Origin: Alphaproteobacteria bacterium
Lineage (GTDB): Bacteria > Pseudomonadota > Alphaproteobacteria > UBA9219 > RFNS01
Assembly (NCBI GenBank): GCA_037200005.1
Contig: JBBCGY010000001.1
Coordinates: 1,443,103 to 1,507,102, forward strand
Direction of reading: 5' to 3'
DNA length: 64,000 nt
Shown here: in pieces, positions 19,176-32,451 of the stretch
Layout of the letters: every line of letters begins with the position of its first letter
How positions within the stretch are numbered: position 1 is the stretch's first letter
Notes under the pieces: generated by a model
The model's input: the letters and a program-made list of their open reading frames with translations, nothing else
Told to the model about the DNA's origin: nothing
The model's database searches: none
Translations under genes and position numbers: made by a program

Positions 19176-20620
19176 CTGATTTTTTATGGCATGGCGAAGA
19201 CGCGGCGCGCAGCGTGCGCGGCGAAGGCCGGACGGACTGGCAGGCATCGGGCGTCTCCATCGACAGCCGCACGCTGGAGCGCGGCGACCTGTTCATCGCG
19301 CTGCAGGCGGAGCATGACGGCCATGCCTATGTCGGCGACGCGATGCGGCGCGGCGCGGCGGCGGCGATCGTCAGCCGCGTTCCCGAAGGCGTCCCGCCGG
19401 ATACGAAACTGGTTCTGGTTCCCGATACTTTCGCGGCCTTGCAGGATTTGGGCAGCCGGGGCCGGGCGCGGGCGCGGGGAAAAATCATCGCCGTCACCGG
19501 GTCGGTGGGCAAAACGGGAAGCAAGGAGCAGTTGCGTCATATGCTGGCCGGTTGCGGCGCGGTCTATGCCAGCCAGGGAAGCTTCAACAATCACTGGGGC
19601 GTGCCGCTGTCTCTGTCCCGGCTGCCTCAGGACGCGGCGTGGGGCGTTTTCGAGCTTGGCATGAATCACGCGGGAGAAATCGCGCCGCTCGCCCGCCAGG
19701 TTCAGCCGCATGTCGCCCTTATCACCACCGTCGAGGCCGTGCATCTGGAACATTTCACCGGCGTGGAAGCCATCGCCGACGCTAAGGCGGAAATATTCCT
19801 CGGCATGGACGCCAAGGGAACGGCGGCGCTGAACCGCGACAATCCGCATTTCTCGAGACTGGCCGCTCATGCGCGCACGCAGGGCCTGCAAACCATTTTG
19901 AGTTTCGGCCATAGCTCCGGCGCGGACGCCAGAATGATCGAATATCGCATCGCCGGAGAAGGCGGTGACATTCGGGCGGAGTTTTTCGGCAAGCCTCTGG
20001 CTTACCGCATCAGCGCGCCGGGCCTGCATTACGCGATGAATTCCCTTGGCGCGCTCTTGACGGCGCAAGCGGCAGGCGCGCCGCTGGAAGCCTGCGCCGC
20101 CGCCCTCGCCTCCTACACGCCGCCGGAAGGACGCGGCGCGCGGCATGAGATCGCGCTACCGGACGGAGGCAGCATCACGCTAATCGACGAAAGCTATAAC
20201 GCCAGCCCGGTCGCCATGCGCGCCGCCATCGCGGTTCTGGGGCAAAGCGCGCCGGGCGGCGGCGGACGCCGCATCGCCATCCTCGGCGACATGCGCGAAT
20301 TAGGACAGACCGCGCCGCGCCTTCATGCCGAACTCGCCGAACCGCTTATTGCCGCCAAAATCGATCAGGTCTATTGCTGCGGCCATATGATCCAGGGCCT
20401 GCTGGCCTCGGTTCCTTCTTCGATGCGGGGACGCTACGCCGCCGACAGCAAATCCCTGGCGGCGATGGTCGCGCCGGAACTGCGCGGCGGCGACGTGGTT
20501 TTGGTCAAAGGCTCGAAAAGCGTGCATATGGAGGCGGTCATCGAGGCGATCAGGGCGCTGAACGCCGCCCCGGCCGCGCCCGGCAACGGACGCGCCAATC
20601 CGACACCTAAAGTATCGTAA
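19172..20620 (+). CDS. murF: UDP-N-acetylmuramoyl-tripeptide--D-alanyl-D-alanine ligase
   Basis: [11 protein letters not shown]-loop, [15 protein letters not shown]. Confidence 0.95.
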   Translation: MTDFLWHGEDAARSVRGEGRTDWQASGVSIDSRTLERGDLFIALQAEHDGHAYVGDAMRRGAAAAIVSRVPEGVPPDTKLVLVPDTFAALQDLGSRGRARARGKIIAVTGSVGKTGSKEQLRHMLAGCGAVYASQGSFNNHWGVPLSLSRLPQDAAWGVFELGMNHAGEIAPLARQVQPHVALITTVEAVHLEHFTGVEAIADAKAEIFLGMDAKGTAALNRDNPHFSRLAAHARTQGLQTILSFGHSSGADARMIEYRIAGEGGDIRAEFFGKPLAYRISAPGLHYAMNSLGALLTAQAAGAPLEACAAALASYTPPEGRGARHEIALPDGGSITLIDESYNASPVAMRAAIAVLGQSAPGGGGRRIAILGDMRELGQTAPRLHAELAEPLIAAKIDQVYCCGHMIQGLLASVPSSMRGRYAADSKSLAAMVAPELRGGDVVLVKGSKSVHMEAVIEAIRALNAAPAAPGNGRANPTPKVS

Positions 20621-20634
20621 GGACGTACAACCCT

Positions 20635-21729
20635 ATGCTTTATTCTCTGCTCTATCCGCTCGCGGAACATTATCACGTCTCGATCGTCTTCAATCTTTTC
20701 CGGTACATTACGTTCCGCAGCGGCTGCGCGCTGATCACGTCCCTGTTTATATGCTTCGTCATGGGGCCGCCGCTGATCCGCTGGCTGCGCGCGAAACAAG
20801 GCGAGGGCCAGCCGATCCGCGACGACGGCCCCGAAACCCACTTCAAGAAAAAAGGCACGCCGACGATGGGCGGACTGATGATGCTGGTCTCCATCGTGGT
20901 CAGCACATTATTATGGATGGATCTGGCGAGCGGCTTTACCTGGCTGGTTCTGGGCGTGACCTCGGGTTTCGGCATGATCGGCTTCGCCGACGATTACCTG
21001 AAGCTCACGCGGCGCAATACCAAGGGCGTGTCCGGGAGACTGCGGCTGCTGTGGCAGGTCTTTCTCGCCCTCGTCACGGTCGTCGGGATCACCCGGCTCG
21101 AGCCGCCCGGCATGGGAACGGCGCTGGCACTGCCGGTGTTCAAGGATGTCCTGCTGCAGCTCGGCCCGTTCTTCATCCTGTTCGCGGTGCTGGTCATCGT
21201 CGGCGCGAGCAATGCCGTCAATCTGACGGACGGCCTCGACGGTCTTGCCGCCGTGCCCGCGATGATCGTGGCGCTGTCCTTCGGCCTTATCGCTTATCTC
21301 GTAGGCAATAATATTTTCGCCAATTACCTGCAGCTCCATCATGTGCCGGGAGCCGGAGAGCTGGCAATTTTCTGCAGCGCGATGGCGGGCGCCTGCCTGG
21401 GGTTCCTTTGGTTCAACGCGCCTCCGGCTCAAGTCTTCATGGGCGATACGGGGTCCCTGGCTTTGGGAAGCGCGCTCGGCACCGTGGCCGTCATCACCAA
21501 GCATGAGATCGTGCTGGCCATCATCGGCGGGCTGTTCGTGGTGGAGACTTTGTCGGTCATCATCCAGGTCGCGTCCTTCAAGCTGACCGGCAAGCGCGTG
21601 TTCAAAATGGCGCCGCTGCATCATCATTTCGAGAAACTCGGCTGGAGCGAGCCGACGATCGTCATACGTTTCTGGATCATCGCCTGCATTCTCGCGCTGG
21701 TCGGCCTTTCGACGCTGAAGCTGAGGTGA
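20635..21729 (+). CDS. mraY: Phospho-N-acetylmuramoyl-pentapeptide transferase
   Basis: [40 protein letters not shown]. Confidence 0.95.
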   Translation: MLYSLLYPLAEHYHVSIVFNLFRYITFRSGCALITSLFICFVMGPPLIRWLRAKQGEGQPIRDDGPETHFKKKGTPTMGGLMMLVSIVVSTLLWMDLASGFTWLVLGVTSGFGMIGFADDYLKLTRRNTKGVSGRLRLLWQVFLALVTVVGITRLEPPGMGTALALPVFKDVLLQLGPFFILFAVLVIVGASNAVNLTDGLDGLAAVPAMIVALSFGLIAYLVGNNIFANYLQLHHVPGAGELAIFCSAMAGACLGFLWFNAPPAQVFMGDTGSLALGSALGTVAVITKHEIVLAIIGGLFVVETLSVIIQVASFKLTGKRVFKMAPLHHHFEKLGWSEPTIVIRFWIIACILALVGLSTLKLR

Positions 21730-21731
21730 CG

Positions 21732-23114
21732 ATGATCGTTCCCCCGCATGTGAAGGGCAAAAGCTATGTCGTGCTCGGCCTCGGCAAATCCGGGATGCAG
21801 TCGGCGCGGTCTTTGATCGCGGGCGGCGCGCATGTCCTGGCATGGGACAATGCCGAACCTACCCGCAAGGCCGCCGAAGAAGCCGGAATTTCGCTGATGA
21901 ATCCCGACGGCCTCGACTGGACGAACATCGCCGCGCTCGTCTTATCGCCCGGCATTCCGCAGACGCATCCGGTCGCCGCGAAAGCCAAAGCGGCGGGCAT
22001 CGCCGTCATTGGCGACATCGAGCTTCTGTTCCAAAGCCAGCCGGAGGCCCGCTATGTCGGCATCACCGGCACCAACGGCAAATCGACCACCACCGCGCTG
22101 ATCGGCCATATCCTGAAAACGGCGGGACTGCGAGCGGAAATCGGTGGCAATCTCGGCACCCCGGCTCTGGCGCTTGCGCCGCTCGGCAAGGACGGGATTT
22201 ACGTCCTGGAACTATCCTCGTATCAGCTGGATTTGATCCGGCGCAATCCGATCGAGATTGCGGTCATGCTCAACCTCACGCCCGACCATCTCGCCCGGCA
22301 CGGCGACATGGCAGGCTATATCGCGGCCAAGGCGCGGATCATCCGCGACGACGGCCCGCAGACCTTCATCTGCGGCATGGACGACGATCACAGCCGGAAA
22401 CTGGCCGAACGCGCGAGCGCGAAACCCGGCATTCGCGTGCAAGGCATCAGCCAGGCGGCGCAAGAGGGTTGCGCGGTCTATGCGAAAGATCGCCGCCTGA
22501 TCGACAATATCGGCGGCAAGCATGAGAGCATTCTCGGCCTCGATACGTTGACGACGCTGGTCGGCGCTCATAACTGGCAAAATATCGCCGCCGCCTATGC
22601 GGCCGCCACGGCGCTGGGCGTTCCCCGCGATGCGATCCTCGCCGGCGTAAAAACTTTCCCCGGCCTCGCCCATCGCCAGCAATTGATTGCCGCGATAGAT
22701 GGCGTAAAATTCATCAATGACAGCAAAGCCACCAATGCCGACGCCACCGGCAAGGCGCTGGCCTGCTACGACCCGATTTATCTGATCCTCGGCGGCCAGC
22801 CCAAGGAAGGCGGCCTCGCGGGTCTTGAGATTTTCATGCCGCGCGTCCGGCACGCCTTTCTCATCGGACAGGCGGCGGACGAATTCGCCGCGTGGCTCGA
22901 AGGCAAGGCGGCCTATGCCCAATGCGGCACGCTCGACGTCGCGGTCGCGGAAGCCGCGAGCATGGCATGGCGGGAAAAGCTGGACCATGCCGCCGTGCTG
23001 CTATCTCCCGCTTGCGCCTCATGGGATCAATTCAGTAGCTTCGAGCATCGCGGCGATATGTTCGCCCGGTATGTTCGCGCGTTGCAATCTCCGGCCCTTG
23101 GACAATCCGCATGA
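21732..23114 (+). CDS. murD: UDP-N-acetylmuramoylalanine--D-glutamate ligase
   Basis: GLGKSG, GTNGKSTTTAL, DSKATN. ATG 21732 has GAGG 6 nt upstream; an alternative GTG start is at 21726. Confidence 0.95.
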   Translation: MIVPPHVKGKSYVVLGLGKSGMQSARSLIAGGAHVLAWDNAEPTRKAAEEAGISLMNPDGLDWTNIAALVLSPGIPQTHPVAAKAKAAGIAVIGDIELLFQSQPEARYVGITGTNGKSTTTALIGHILKTAGLRAEIGGNLGTPALALAPLGKDGIYVLELSSYQLDLIRRNPIEIAVMLNLTPDHLARHGDMAGYIAAKARIIRDDGPQTFICGMDDDHSRKLAERASAKPGIRVQGISQAAQEGCAVYAKDRRLIDNIGGKHESILGLDTLTTLVGAHNWQNIAAAYAAATALGVPRDAILAGVKTFPGLAHRQQLIAAIDGVKFINDSKATNADATGKALACYDPIYLILGGQPKEGGLAGLEIFMPRVRHAFLIGQAADEFAAWLEGKAAYAQCGTLDVAVAEAASMAWREKLDHAAVLLSPACASWDQFSSFEHRGDMFARYVRALQSPALGQSA

Positions 23115-24232
23115 TCGCTTTGACCCGTTCCGACGAATCCATCTTCAGCCATTGGTGGTGGACCATCGACCGCTGGATGCTGGCCTTCATCGCCGCGCTG
23201 ATCATCTTCGGCATCATCCTGGTGCAGGCCGCCTCCCCCGCCATCGCCGAGGCGCGCGGATTCGATAAATTCCATTTCGTGCGCAACTATCTTCTGTTTC
23301 TCGTGCCGGTGATCGTCGGCATGGCGGTGCTTTCCATGCAGTCGCTGCGCACCATCCGCCTGATCGCCTTCGCCATATTGCCGCTCGGCGTCATCGGCGT
23401 CGCGCTGACGCTGGTTTTCGGCGCCGAGGTCAAGGGCGCCACGCGCTGGCTCCATTTGCCCGGCCTGTCGATGCAGCCGTCGGAATTCGTCAAGCCCGCG
23501 CTTACCGTCATCGCCGCGTGGCTGTTCGCCCGGCACCGGGAAAAGCGCGGCTTTCCGGCGCTCGGCGCGAATATCATACTCTATGGCTTCGTCACCGGCC
23601 TTTTGCTGCTGCAGCCTGATTTCGGCATGAGCATGCTGGTGTCGGTGGTTTGGTTCGGGCAGTTTTTTCTGGCGGGCTTGCCGCTGGCGCTGGTCGGGAT
23701 CAGCATCATATTGCTTTTGGGCGGCGGCGTGGGAGCCTATTTCATCTTTCCGCACGTCCACCGCCGGATCGACCGCTTTCTCGATCCCGCCAGCGGCGAC
23801 AATTATCAGGTCGACCGGGCCATGGAAGCCTTCATGAATGGCGGCATGTTCGGCACCGGCCCCGGCCAGGGTACGGTCAAAATGTCCCTGCCCGACGCGC
23901 ATTGCGATTTCATCTTCGCCGTGGCCGGAGAAGAGCTCGGGCTGATTTCCTGCCTTATCATCGTGCTGCTCTATGCCATGATCGTGCTGCGCGGGCTATG
24001 GCGGCTGCGGCGCGAGCAAAACCTGTTCGTCGTGCTGGCGGGAAGCGGCCTGCTGCTGCAATTCGGCTTCCAGGCAATCATTAACATGGCCTCCACGCTG
24101 CATTTGATGCCGACGAAGGGGCTGACTTTGCCCTTTATTTCCTATGGCGGTTCGTCGCTCTTTGCCTTATCCCTGCAGATGGGAATGTTGTTGGCCTTGA
24201 CGCGCAAGCGTTACGGCACGGGAGAGACTTAA
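23111..24232 (+). CDS. ftsW: Peptidoglycan glycosyltransferase FtsW (SEDS family)
   Basis: Polytopic protein. QPSEFVKP, PDAHCDFIFAVAGEELG, GLTLPFISYGGSS. Confidence 0.95.
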   Translation: MIALTRSDESIFSHWWWTIDRWMLAFIAALIIFGIILVQAASPAIAEARGFDKFHFVRNYLLFLVPVIVGMAVLSMQSLRTIRLIAFAILPLGVIGVALTLVFGAEVKGATRWLHLPGLSMQPSEFVKPALTVIAAWLFARHREKRGFPALGANIILYGFVTGLLLLQPDFGMSMLVSVVWFGQFFLAGLPLALVGISIILLLGGGVGAYFIFPHVHRRIDRFLDPASGDNYQVDRAMEAFMNGGMFGTGPGQGTVKMSLPDAHCDFIFAVAGEELGLISCLIIVLLYAMIVLRGLWRLRREQNLFVVLAGSGLLLQFGFQAIINMASTLHLMPTKGLTLPFISYGGSSLFALSLQMGMLLALTRKRYGTGET

Positions 24233-24235
24233 GTC

Positions 24236-26893
<2,658 letters not shown>

Positions 26894-26894
26894 C

Positions 26895-27851
26895 ATGCCA
26901 GCATCCAGCATCGGCTTAAAAGATTTTCGCGACGAGGGCATTCTGCATCGTCTGCCGCCCGTGCGCGGCAAGCTGGAAGCCGCCGCGCCGCTGTCGCCGC
27001 AGACATGGTTCCGCGTCGGCGGCCCCGCGGAAATATTATTCAAGCCCGCGGACGAAGAAGATCTGGCGGCATTCCTCGCCGCGACGCCTGCCGACATTCC
27101 GGTGACCGTCATCGGCGTCGCATCCAACCTGCTGATCCGCGACGGCGGCATTCGCGGCGTGGTGGTCAAGCTCGGCCCGCAATTCGCGCAAATTCGCGCC
27201 GATGGCATGGCGATCATGGCCGGAGCCGCGGCCCTCGATCTCAATGTCGCCCGCGCGGCGGCGCAGGCGGGTATCGGCGGCCTTGAATTCATGTCCGGCA
27301 TTCCCGGCACCGTCGGCGGCGGCTTGCGGATGAACGCGGGCGCGTATGGACGGGAATTCAAGGACGCCGTCGCCGCCGTAACCGCGCTCGACCGCGAAGG
27401 CAAGCGGCGGCGCATGGACAATGCCGCCTGCGAATTCTCCTACCGCCATAGCGGCCTTCCCGCCGACTGGATATTCCTTGGCGCGGAATTTCACGGCGTC
27501 GCGAACGAGCCCGATCTCATTACGGCGAAAATGCAGGAAATCCAGGCGGCGCGAGGCGCGACACAGCCGATCCGCGAGAAAACCGGCGGCTCGACCTTCG
27601 CCAATCCCGCCGGCAACAAAGCCTGGCAGCTTATCGACAGCGCGGGCTGCCGGGGCCTTCGCATAGGAGGAGCGGAAATGTCGCCGCAGCACTGCAATTT
27701 CATCGTCAATACCGGCGACGCCACCGCCGCCGACATCGAAAATCTGGGCGAAGAAGTCCGCGCCCGCGTGCGAAGCAAATTCAACGTGGATTTGCATTGG
27801 GAAATCGTCCGCATCGGCGTCGAAGCGCAAGGGAGCCAGCCATGCGCCTGA
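26895..27851 (+). CDS. murB: UDP-N-acetylenolpyruvoylglucosamine reductase
   Basis: TWFRVGGPAE, GIPGTVGGGLRMNAGAYG, GSTFANP. ATG 26895 lies 1 nt after the murG::murC stop. Confidence 0.95.
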   Translation: MPASSIGLKDFRDEGILHRLPPVRGKLEAAAPLSPQTWFRVGGPAEILFKPADEEDLAAFLAATPADIPVTVIGVASNLLIRDGGIRGVVVKLGPQFAQIRADGMAIMAGAAALDLNVARAAAQAGIGGLEFMSGIPGTVGGGLRMNAGAYGREFKDAVAAVTALDREGKRRRMDNAACEFSYRHSGLPADWIFLGAEFHGVANEPDLITAKMQEIQAARGATQPIREKTGGSTFANPAGNKAWQLIDSAGCRGLRIGGAEMSPQHCNFIVNTGDATAADIENLGEEVRARVRSKFNVDLHWEIVRIGVEAQGSQPCA

Positions 27852-30259
27852 TCGTTTTGTGCGGCGGCCCTTCGGCGGAGCGCGGAATTTCGATGAATTC
27901 CGCGCGGTCGCTGCTCGACCATCTGACGCCGATGGGATTCAGCATCACGCCGGTCTATTGCGACCAGCAATTGCGGCTGTACCGCCTGACGCCGCAGCAG
28001 CTTTACTCCAATACGCCCGCCGATTTCGATTTCAAGCTGGCGCAGGTCGGCGAGCCGCTCGACGAAACGCAATTCGTCGCGCTGTGCCGCCAGCATGATC
28101 TGGTATTCCCCGCCATTCACGGCGCGTTCGGCGAGGACGGCAAACTGCAAGCCTTGCTCGAAAAGCACGATATTCCCTTCGCCGGTTCGCCGAGCGCCAC
28201 ATGCCATACGATGTTCAACAAATCGCTGGCCAACCAGCATCTTGCCCGGCATGGCTTCGCGACCCTGCCGCATTGCCTGGTGCAGCAAGACGATGACGAG
28301 GCGGCAAGCCTGCGGCAAATCAAGGAATTCTTCGCGCGCCACGATCTCAAGCGCGCCGTCGTCAAGCCCACCGCCGGGGGATCGAGCCTCGGCGTCGCGA
28401 TGGCGCTCAGCCCCGAAGAAACGCTGGCGAAAGCCCGGCTGATCTTCGCCAAGCAGCACCATCACACCGCCATCATCGAGCCGTTCTGCGAAGGCCGCGA
28501 ATTCACGGTCCTGATCCTGCAAAATCCCGCCGGAAAGCCCGTCGCGCTTATTCCCTCGGAGATCGACCTGCAAGGCGAAGAGTCGATCTTCGGCTATCGC
28601 CATAAATATCTTCCGTCCTGCCAGGTGCGTTACTTCTGCCCGCCGCGCCTCGCGGACGATATCATTCTTTCCATCCAGAAATCCGCCGAGGTTTTGTTCG
28701 AGTTTTTCGGCATGCGCGATTTCGCCAGACTGGACGGCTGGTGGCTCGATGACGACCGCGTCATCTTTACCGATTTCAATCCCATTTCCGGCATGGAGCA
28801 GAACAGCTTTTTGTTCCAGCAGGCCAGCCGCCTGGGATTCGATCATGCCGAAATCCTCTATTATGTGATCGCCAGCGCCGCGCGGCGGCATAATCTTGCC
28901 ATGCCCGCGCTGCCCCAGACCGCCAAAGCACCGCACCGGAAAATCAACGTGCTGTTCGGCGGCGAAACCGCCGAGCGGCAGGTTTCGCTGATGAGCGGCA
29001 CGAATGTGTGGCTGAAACTGCGCCACTCGGCGAAATTTTCTCCGGAACCGTTCCTGCTGGCGCCCGACGGCGAAACCGTATGGCGCCTGCCGTACAGTTA
29101 TACTTTGCACCACACGACGGAAGAAATCGTCATGCATTGCGAGGAAGCCGCGGCGGATGCCGCACGGCTCGCGGTCATGACTCCGCCGCTGCGCCAGCGG
29201 CTCGGCCTTCCCGCGCTGGCTCCGGACGCACAAGGCTCTCCGAAAAAATTCACGCTCGATGAATTTTGCCGCGCTTCGCAGAAATCGCAGGCCTTCGTCT
29301 TCATCGCCTTGCATGGCGGCGCGGGCGAAGACGGCACCGTGCAAAAGAAGCTGGAAATCTGGAATCTGCCCTATAACGGCTCGCGTCCCGCCGCCTCGCA
29401 TCTGTGCATGGATAAATACGAAACCGGCACGGTCATCCGCTCGATGCATGAAGACGGGCTGACGGCGGCGGCCAAAATGCGCTTCGCCCACGCGGCCATC
29501 GCCGAACTGCTGCAAAATCCCGGCGAGCATTGGCACTCCGTCGAAACCACGCTCGGCACCGGCGATGTCGCCATCAAGCCGCAAGCCGACGGCTGCTCGG
29601 CGGGCGTCGCGCGGCTGCGCGGCGCGGCGGAATTCTCCGCCTATCTCAAGGCCATCGAGAGCGGACAGCTCATCCTGCCGCCGGGCGCGCTGAACGGACA
29701 GAGCGAACCCATCGAGCTTCCCAGCCATCCACAAAATTTGCTGATCGAGCCTTATATCGAAACCGACCCCATCCGCATCGAAAACAACGCCCTGCATCAC
29801 CAGCCGCGCTCCGGCTGGGTCGAATTGACGGTCGGCGTGCTGGAAAGCGAAGGCGCGTATCATGCCTTGACGCCCAGCATCACCATCGCCGAAGGCCAGA
29901 TCCTGTCGCTCGAGGAAAAATTCCAGGGCGGCACCGGGATCAATCTGACGCCGCCACCTGAATCGATCATGAGCGCGGCGCAGGTCGAGCTGATCCGCGA
30001 GAAAATCGAGCTGACCGCCGAGGCGCTGGGCATCGGCGGCTATGCGCGCATCGACATCTTTTTCAATACCCGCACCGGGATGGTGATGGTTATCGAAGCC
30101 AACAGCCTGCCCGGCCTGACGGCGTCGACGGTCATCTATCACCAGGCGCTGGCGGAAAAGCCGCCGCTCGAACCCCGCCTGTTTCTCGAAAAAATTATCG
30201 AGCTTGGGCTGGCCGCTCACCAGCAACGGCAAAAGACGGAAATGACATGTCCGGCATAA
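27842..30259 (+). CDS. ddl: Tandem-duplicated D-alanine--D-alanine ligase-like protein (805 aa, two complete ATP-grasp Ddl modules)
   Basis: Module 1: IVLCGGPSAERGIS...IHGAFGEDGKLQALLE...FARLDGWW...TDFNPISGM. Module 2: VLFGGETAERQVS...LHGGAGEDGTVQKKLE...YARIDIFF...IEANSLPGL. ATG 27842 overlaps the murB stop. Confidence 0.85.
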   Translation: MRLIVLCGGPSAERGISMNSARSLLDHLTPMGFSITPVYCDQQLRLYRLTPQQLYSNTPADFDFKLAQVGEPLDETQFVALCRQHDLVFPAIHGAFGEDGKLQALLEKHDIPFAGSPSATCHTMFNKSLANQHLARHGFATLPHCLVQQDDDEAASLRQIKEFFARHDLKRAVVKPTAGGSSLGVAMALSPEETLAKARLIFAKQHHHTAIIEPFCEGREFTVLILQNPAGKPVALIPSEIDLQGEESIFGYRHKYLPSCQVRYFCPPRLADDIILSIQKSAEVLFEFFGMRDFARLDGWWLDDDRVIFTDFNPISGMEQNSFLFQQASRLGFDHAEILYYVIASAARRHNLAMPALPQTAKAPHRKINVLFGGETAERQVSLMSGTNVWLKLRHSAKFSPEPFLLAPDGETVWRLPYSYTLHHTTEEIVMHCEEAAADAARLAVMTPPLRQRLGLPALAPDAQGSPKKFTLDEFCRASQKSQAFVFIALHGGAGEDGTVQKKLEIWNLPYNGSRPAASHLCMDKYETGTVIRSMHEDGLTAAAKMRFAHAAIAELLQNPGEHWHSVETTLGTGDVAIKPQADGCSAGVARLRGAAEFSAYLKAIESGQLILPPGALNGQSEPIELPSHPQNLLIEPYIETDPIRIENNALHHQPRSGWVELTVGVLESEGAYHALTPSITIAEGQILSLEEKFQGGTGINLTPPPESIMSAAQVELIREKIELTAEALGIGGYARIDIFFNTRTGMVMVIEANSLPGLTASTVIYHQALAEKPPLEPRLFLEKIIELGLAAHQQRQKTEMTCPA

Positions 30260-31077
30260 GGCCAAAGGCGAAATTCTATATCACCGGCAAGAAGCCGGGC
30301 CGCAGGCGGCGCATCGTCATCGCGGCGGCTGCCGTCATGCTGATCTGCGGCGGCGGCCTTTACTGGCTATGGCATAGCGGCTGGCCGCAGCAGCAGGCCG
30401 AGCGGCTGGCGGACGCCGGATTGCAGATGACCGCGCAAGCCGGATTCAGCCTCGAAGAAATTTCGGTCGAGGGACGGCAATATACCGACAAAGCCGCCGT
30501 GATGGCGGCGCTGCAGGCCAAACGCGGCATGCCGATCATGGCGATCGATCCGGCCTCGATGCTGGAAAGGCTTCAGGCATTGCCCTGGCTGAGCAGCGCC
30601 ATGGTGGAGCGGCGGCTGCCGCATACGCTTTATATCCGCCTGATCGAACGGCAGCCTGTCGCGCGCTGGCAATACCGCAACCAGATTCAGGTCATCGACA
30701 TGGACGGCAAGACGCTGCCCGCGCGCGCCGACGATTTCGCGCGCCTGCCGCTGATTGTCGGCGAAGGCGCGGCGGAAAGAGCCGTCGATCTTCTGGCCGA
30801 GCTTGCGGCCTATCCGAATCTGCAAAAGCAACTCCACGCGGCGGTGCATGTCGGCAACCGGCGCTGGGATTTGGCGCTGGAGTCCGGCATTACCATCCGG
30901 CTGCCCGAAGCGAACGAAGCCAGCGGCCTGAAGCGCCTCGCGGCGCTGATGGACGATCACGAGATTCTTTCCCGCGATATCGTCGCCATCGACCTGCGCC
31001 AGAACGACCGCCAGATCATCGAGCGGTCGCCCGGCTCGGAAAAAGACAAGCCCGCTATCAGCGTGCCGAAGATATGA
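30247..31077 (+). CDS. ftsQ: Cell division protein FtsQ
   Basis: N-terminal TM followed by POTRA (ISVEGRQYTDKAAV...LPWLSSAMVERRLPHTLYIRLIERQPVARW). Position in the cluster. Confidence 0.9.
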   Translation: MSGIRPKAKFYITGKKPGRRRRIVIAAAAVMLICGGGLYWLWHSGWPQQQAERLADAGLQMTAQAGFSLEEISVEGRQYTDKAAVMAALQAKRGMPIMAIDPASMLERLQALPWLSSAMVERRLPHTLYIRLIERQPVARWQYRNQIQVIDMDGKTLPARADDFARLPLIVGEGAAERAVDLLAELAAYPNLQKQLHAAVHVGNRRWDLALESGITIRLPEANEASGLKRLAALMDDHEILSRDIVAIDLRQNDRQIIERSPGSEKDKPAISVPKI

Positions 31078-31101
31078 GGGCGCCATTGATGAAACAGAGC
31101 G

Positions 31102-32433
31102 GTGGAGAATAGCGTGTCCTTCTTCTCCAGTTCCCGCAACGCCCCGAAGAAGGGCCAAATTCTCGCAGCCCTCGATATCGGCTCCAGCAAGATCGTCTGC
31201 TTCATCGCCAAGCGCGACGCCGACGATCACCTGCATGTGATCGGCATCGGCCATCAGCTTTCGGCGGGCATGAAAGGCGGCGTCATCGTCGACATGGACG
31301 CGACCGAACGCGCCATCCGGGGCGCGATGGACGCGGCGGAGCATATGGCGGGGCTTCGGGTGGAGCGCGTGTCCGTCAATATCTCCGGCAATCACATCTC
31401 GTCGCGCACCTGCCAGCTGACCCTGCCCTTGCATGGGCGCGAAATAGGCAGCGCCGATATCGACCGCGTCCTCGGCCAATCTCCCGACATCGCCGCCGAA
31501 GGGGAAAATTACCCGCAGGAGATCATCCATACGATTCCCGTCAGCTATAGCCTCGACGGCCAGCGCGGCATCCGCGATCCGCGCGGCATGGTCGGCCATA
31601 CGCTGGGCGCGCAGCTGCACGTCATCGCGGCGGGCTACGGCCCGGTGCGCACCATCGGCGCGGTGCTGGCGCGGCTCGATCTCGAAGTCGAGCAGATGGC
31701 GGTCAGCGCCTATGCCAGCGGCCTCGCCTGCCTGGTCGAGGACGAAATGGACCTCGGCAGCGTCATCATCGACATGGGCGCGGGCACGACCACCTTCGCG
31801 GTATTCTTCGACGGGCAGTGCGTCTACACCGACGGCATCCCCCTCGGCGGCCAGCATGTGACGAACGACATCGCGCGCGGCCTCACGACCACCATCAGCC
31901 ACGCCGAGCGCATGAAGACGCTGTACGGCCACGCGCTGCCAAGCTCGACCGACGACCGCGAGATCATCGACGTGCCGCAAGTGGGGGAAGAAACTCCGGA
32001 ACTGGCGAACCATGTGCCGAAATCGCATCTCATCAATATCATCCGCCCCCGGCTGGAGGAAATTTTCGAGATGGTGCGGGGCAAATTATCCGACAGCGAT
32101 TTCGATTCCATCGCCGGGCGGCGCGTGGTCTTGACCGGCGGCGCGAGCCAGATGCCGGGCGTGAGAGAAATGGCGCAGCAGCTTCTGGACAAGCAGGTGC
32201 GGCTTGGCCGTCCGGTGCGGATCGGGCGCCCGCTCTCCGCATCTAAGGGCGCGGACGCCGCGCCGCTCAATCAGGGCCTTGCCGAAGCGACGGCGGGGCC
32301 GGGCTTCGCGACCGTCTCCGGCCTGCTCGCCATCGCCATGCAGCCCTCGGCCACCGTGCCCAACCTCGCCGCCGAATTCGGCAGCGGCTCATGGATCGAA
32401 CGGATGCAGCACTGGATTAAGCAGAATATTTAA
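31102..32433 (+). CDS. ftsA: Cell division protein FtsA
   Basis: ALDIGSSKIVCFIA, IIDMGAGTTTFAVF, VVLTGGASQMPGV. GTG start. Confidence 0.95.
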   Translation: MENSVSFFSSSRNAPKKGQILAALDIGSSKIVCFIAKRDADDHLHVIGIGHQLSAGMKGGVIVDMDATERAIRGAMDAAEHMAGLRVERVSVNISGNHISSRTCQLTLPLHGREIGSADIDRVLGQSPDIAAEGENYPQEIIHTIPVSYSLDGQRGIRDPRGMVGHTLGAQLHVIAAGYGPVRTIGAVLARLDLEVEQMAVSAYASGLACLVEDEMDLGSVIIDMGAGTTTFAVFFDGQCVYTDGIPLGGQHVTNDIARGLTTTISHAERMKTLYGHALPSSTDDREIIDVPQVGEETPELANHVPKSHLINIIRPRLEEIFEMVRGKLSDSDFDSIAGRRVVLTGGASQMPGVREMAQQLLDKQVRLGRPVRIGRPLSASKGADAAPLNQGLAEATAGPGFATVSGLLAIAMQPSATVPNLAAEFGSGSWIERMQHWIKQNI

Positions 32434-32434
32434 A
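32361..32434 (+). repeat. 74-bp direct repeat, copy 1 (authentic 3' end of ftsA including the stop)
   Basis: CAACCTCGCCGCCGAATTCGGCAGCGGCTCATGGATCGAACGGATGCAGCACTGGATTAAGCAGAATATTTAAA is repeated at 33084-33157 with one synonymous A>G change. Confidence 0.95.
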
Positions 32435-32451
32435 TTCGTGCCTACCAAAAA

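Noticed and set aside
27491-30265. 924-aa minus-strand ORF antisense to murB/ddl. Similar long antisense ORFs occur at 25742-27421, 15707-17182, 33809-35494, 30367-32028, 59150-60988, 8893-9999, 53054-54286, 38199-39353 and elsewhere.
   Set aside because: These are typical high-GC shadow ORFs. Their products are Arg/Gly/Ala-rich with no motifs, while the opposite strand encodes unmistakable conserved proteins (Mur ligases, FtsZ, FtsA, RecA, RecN and others).
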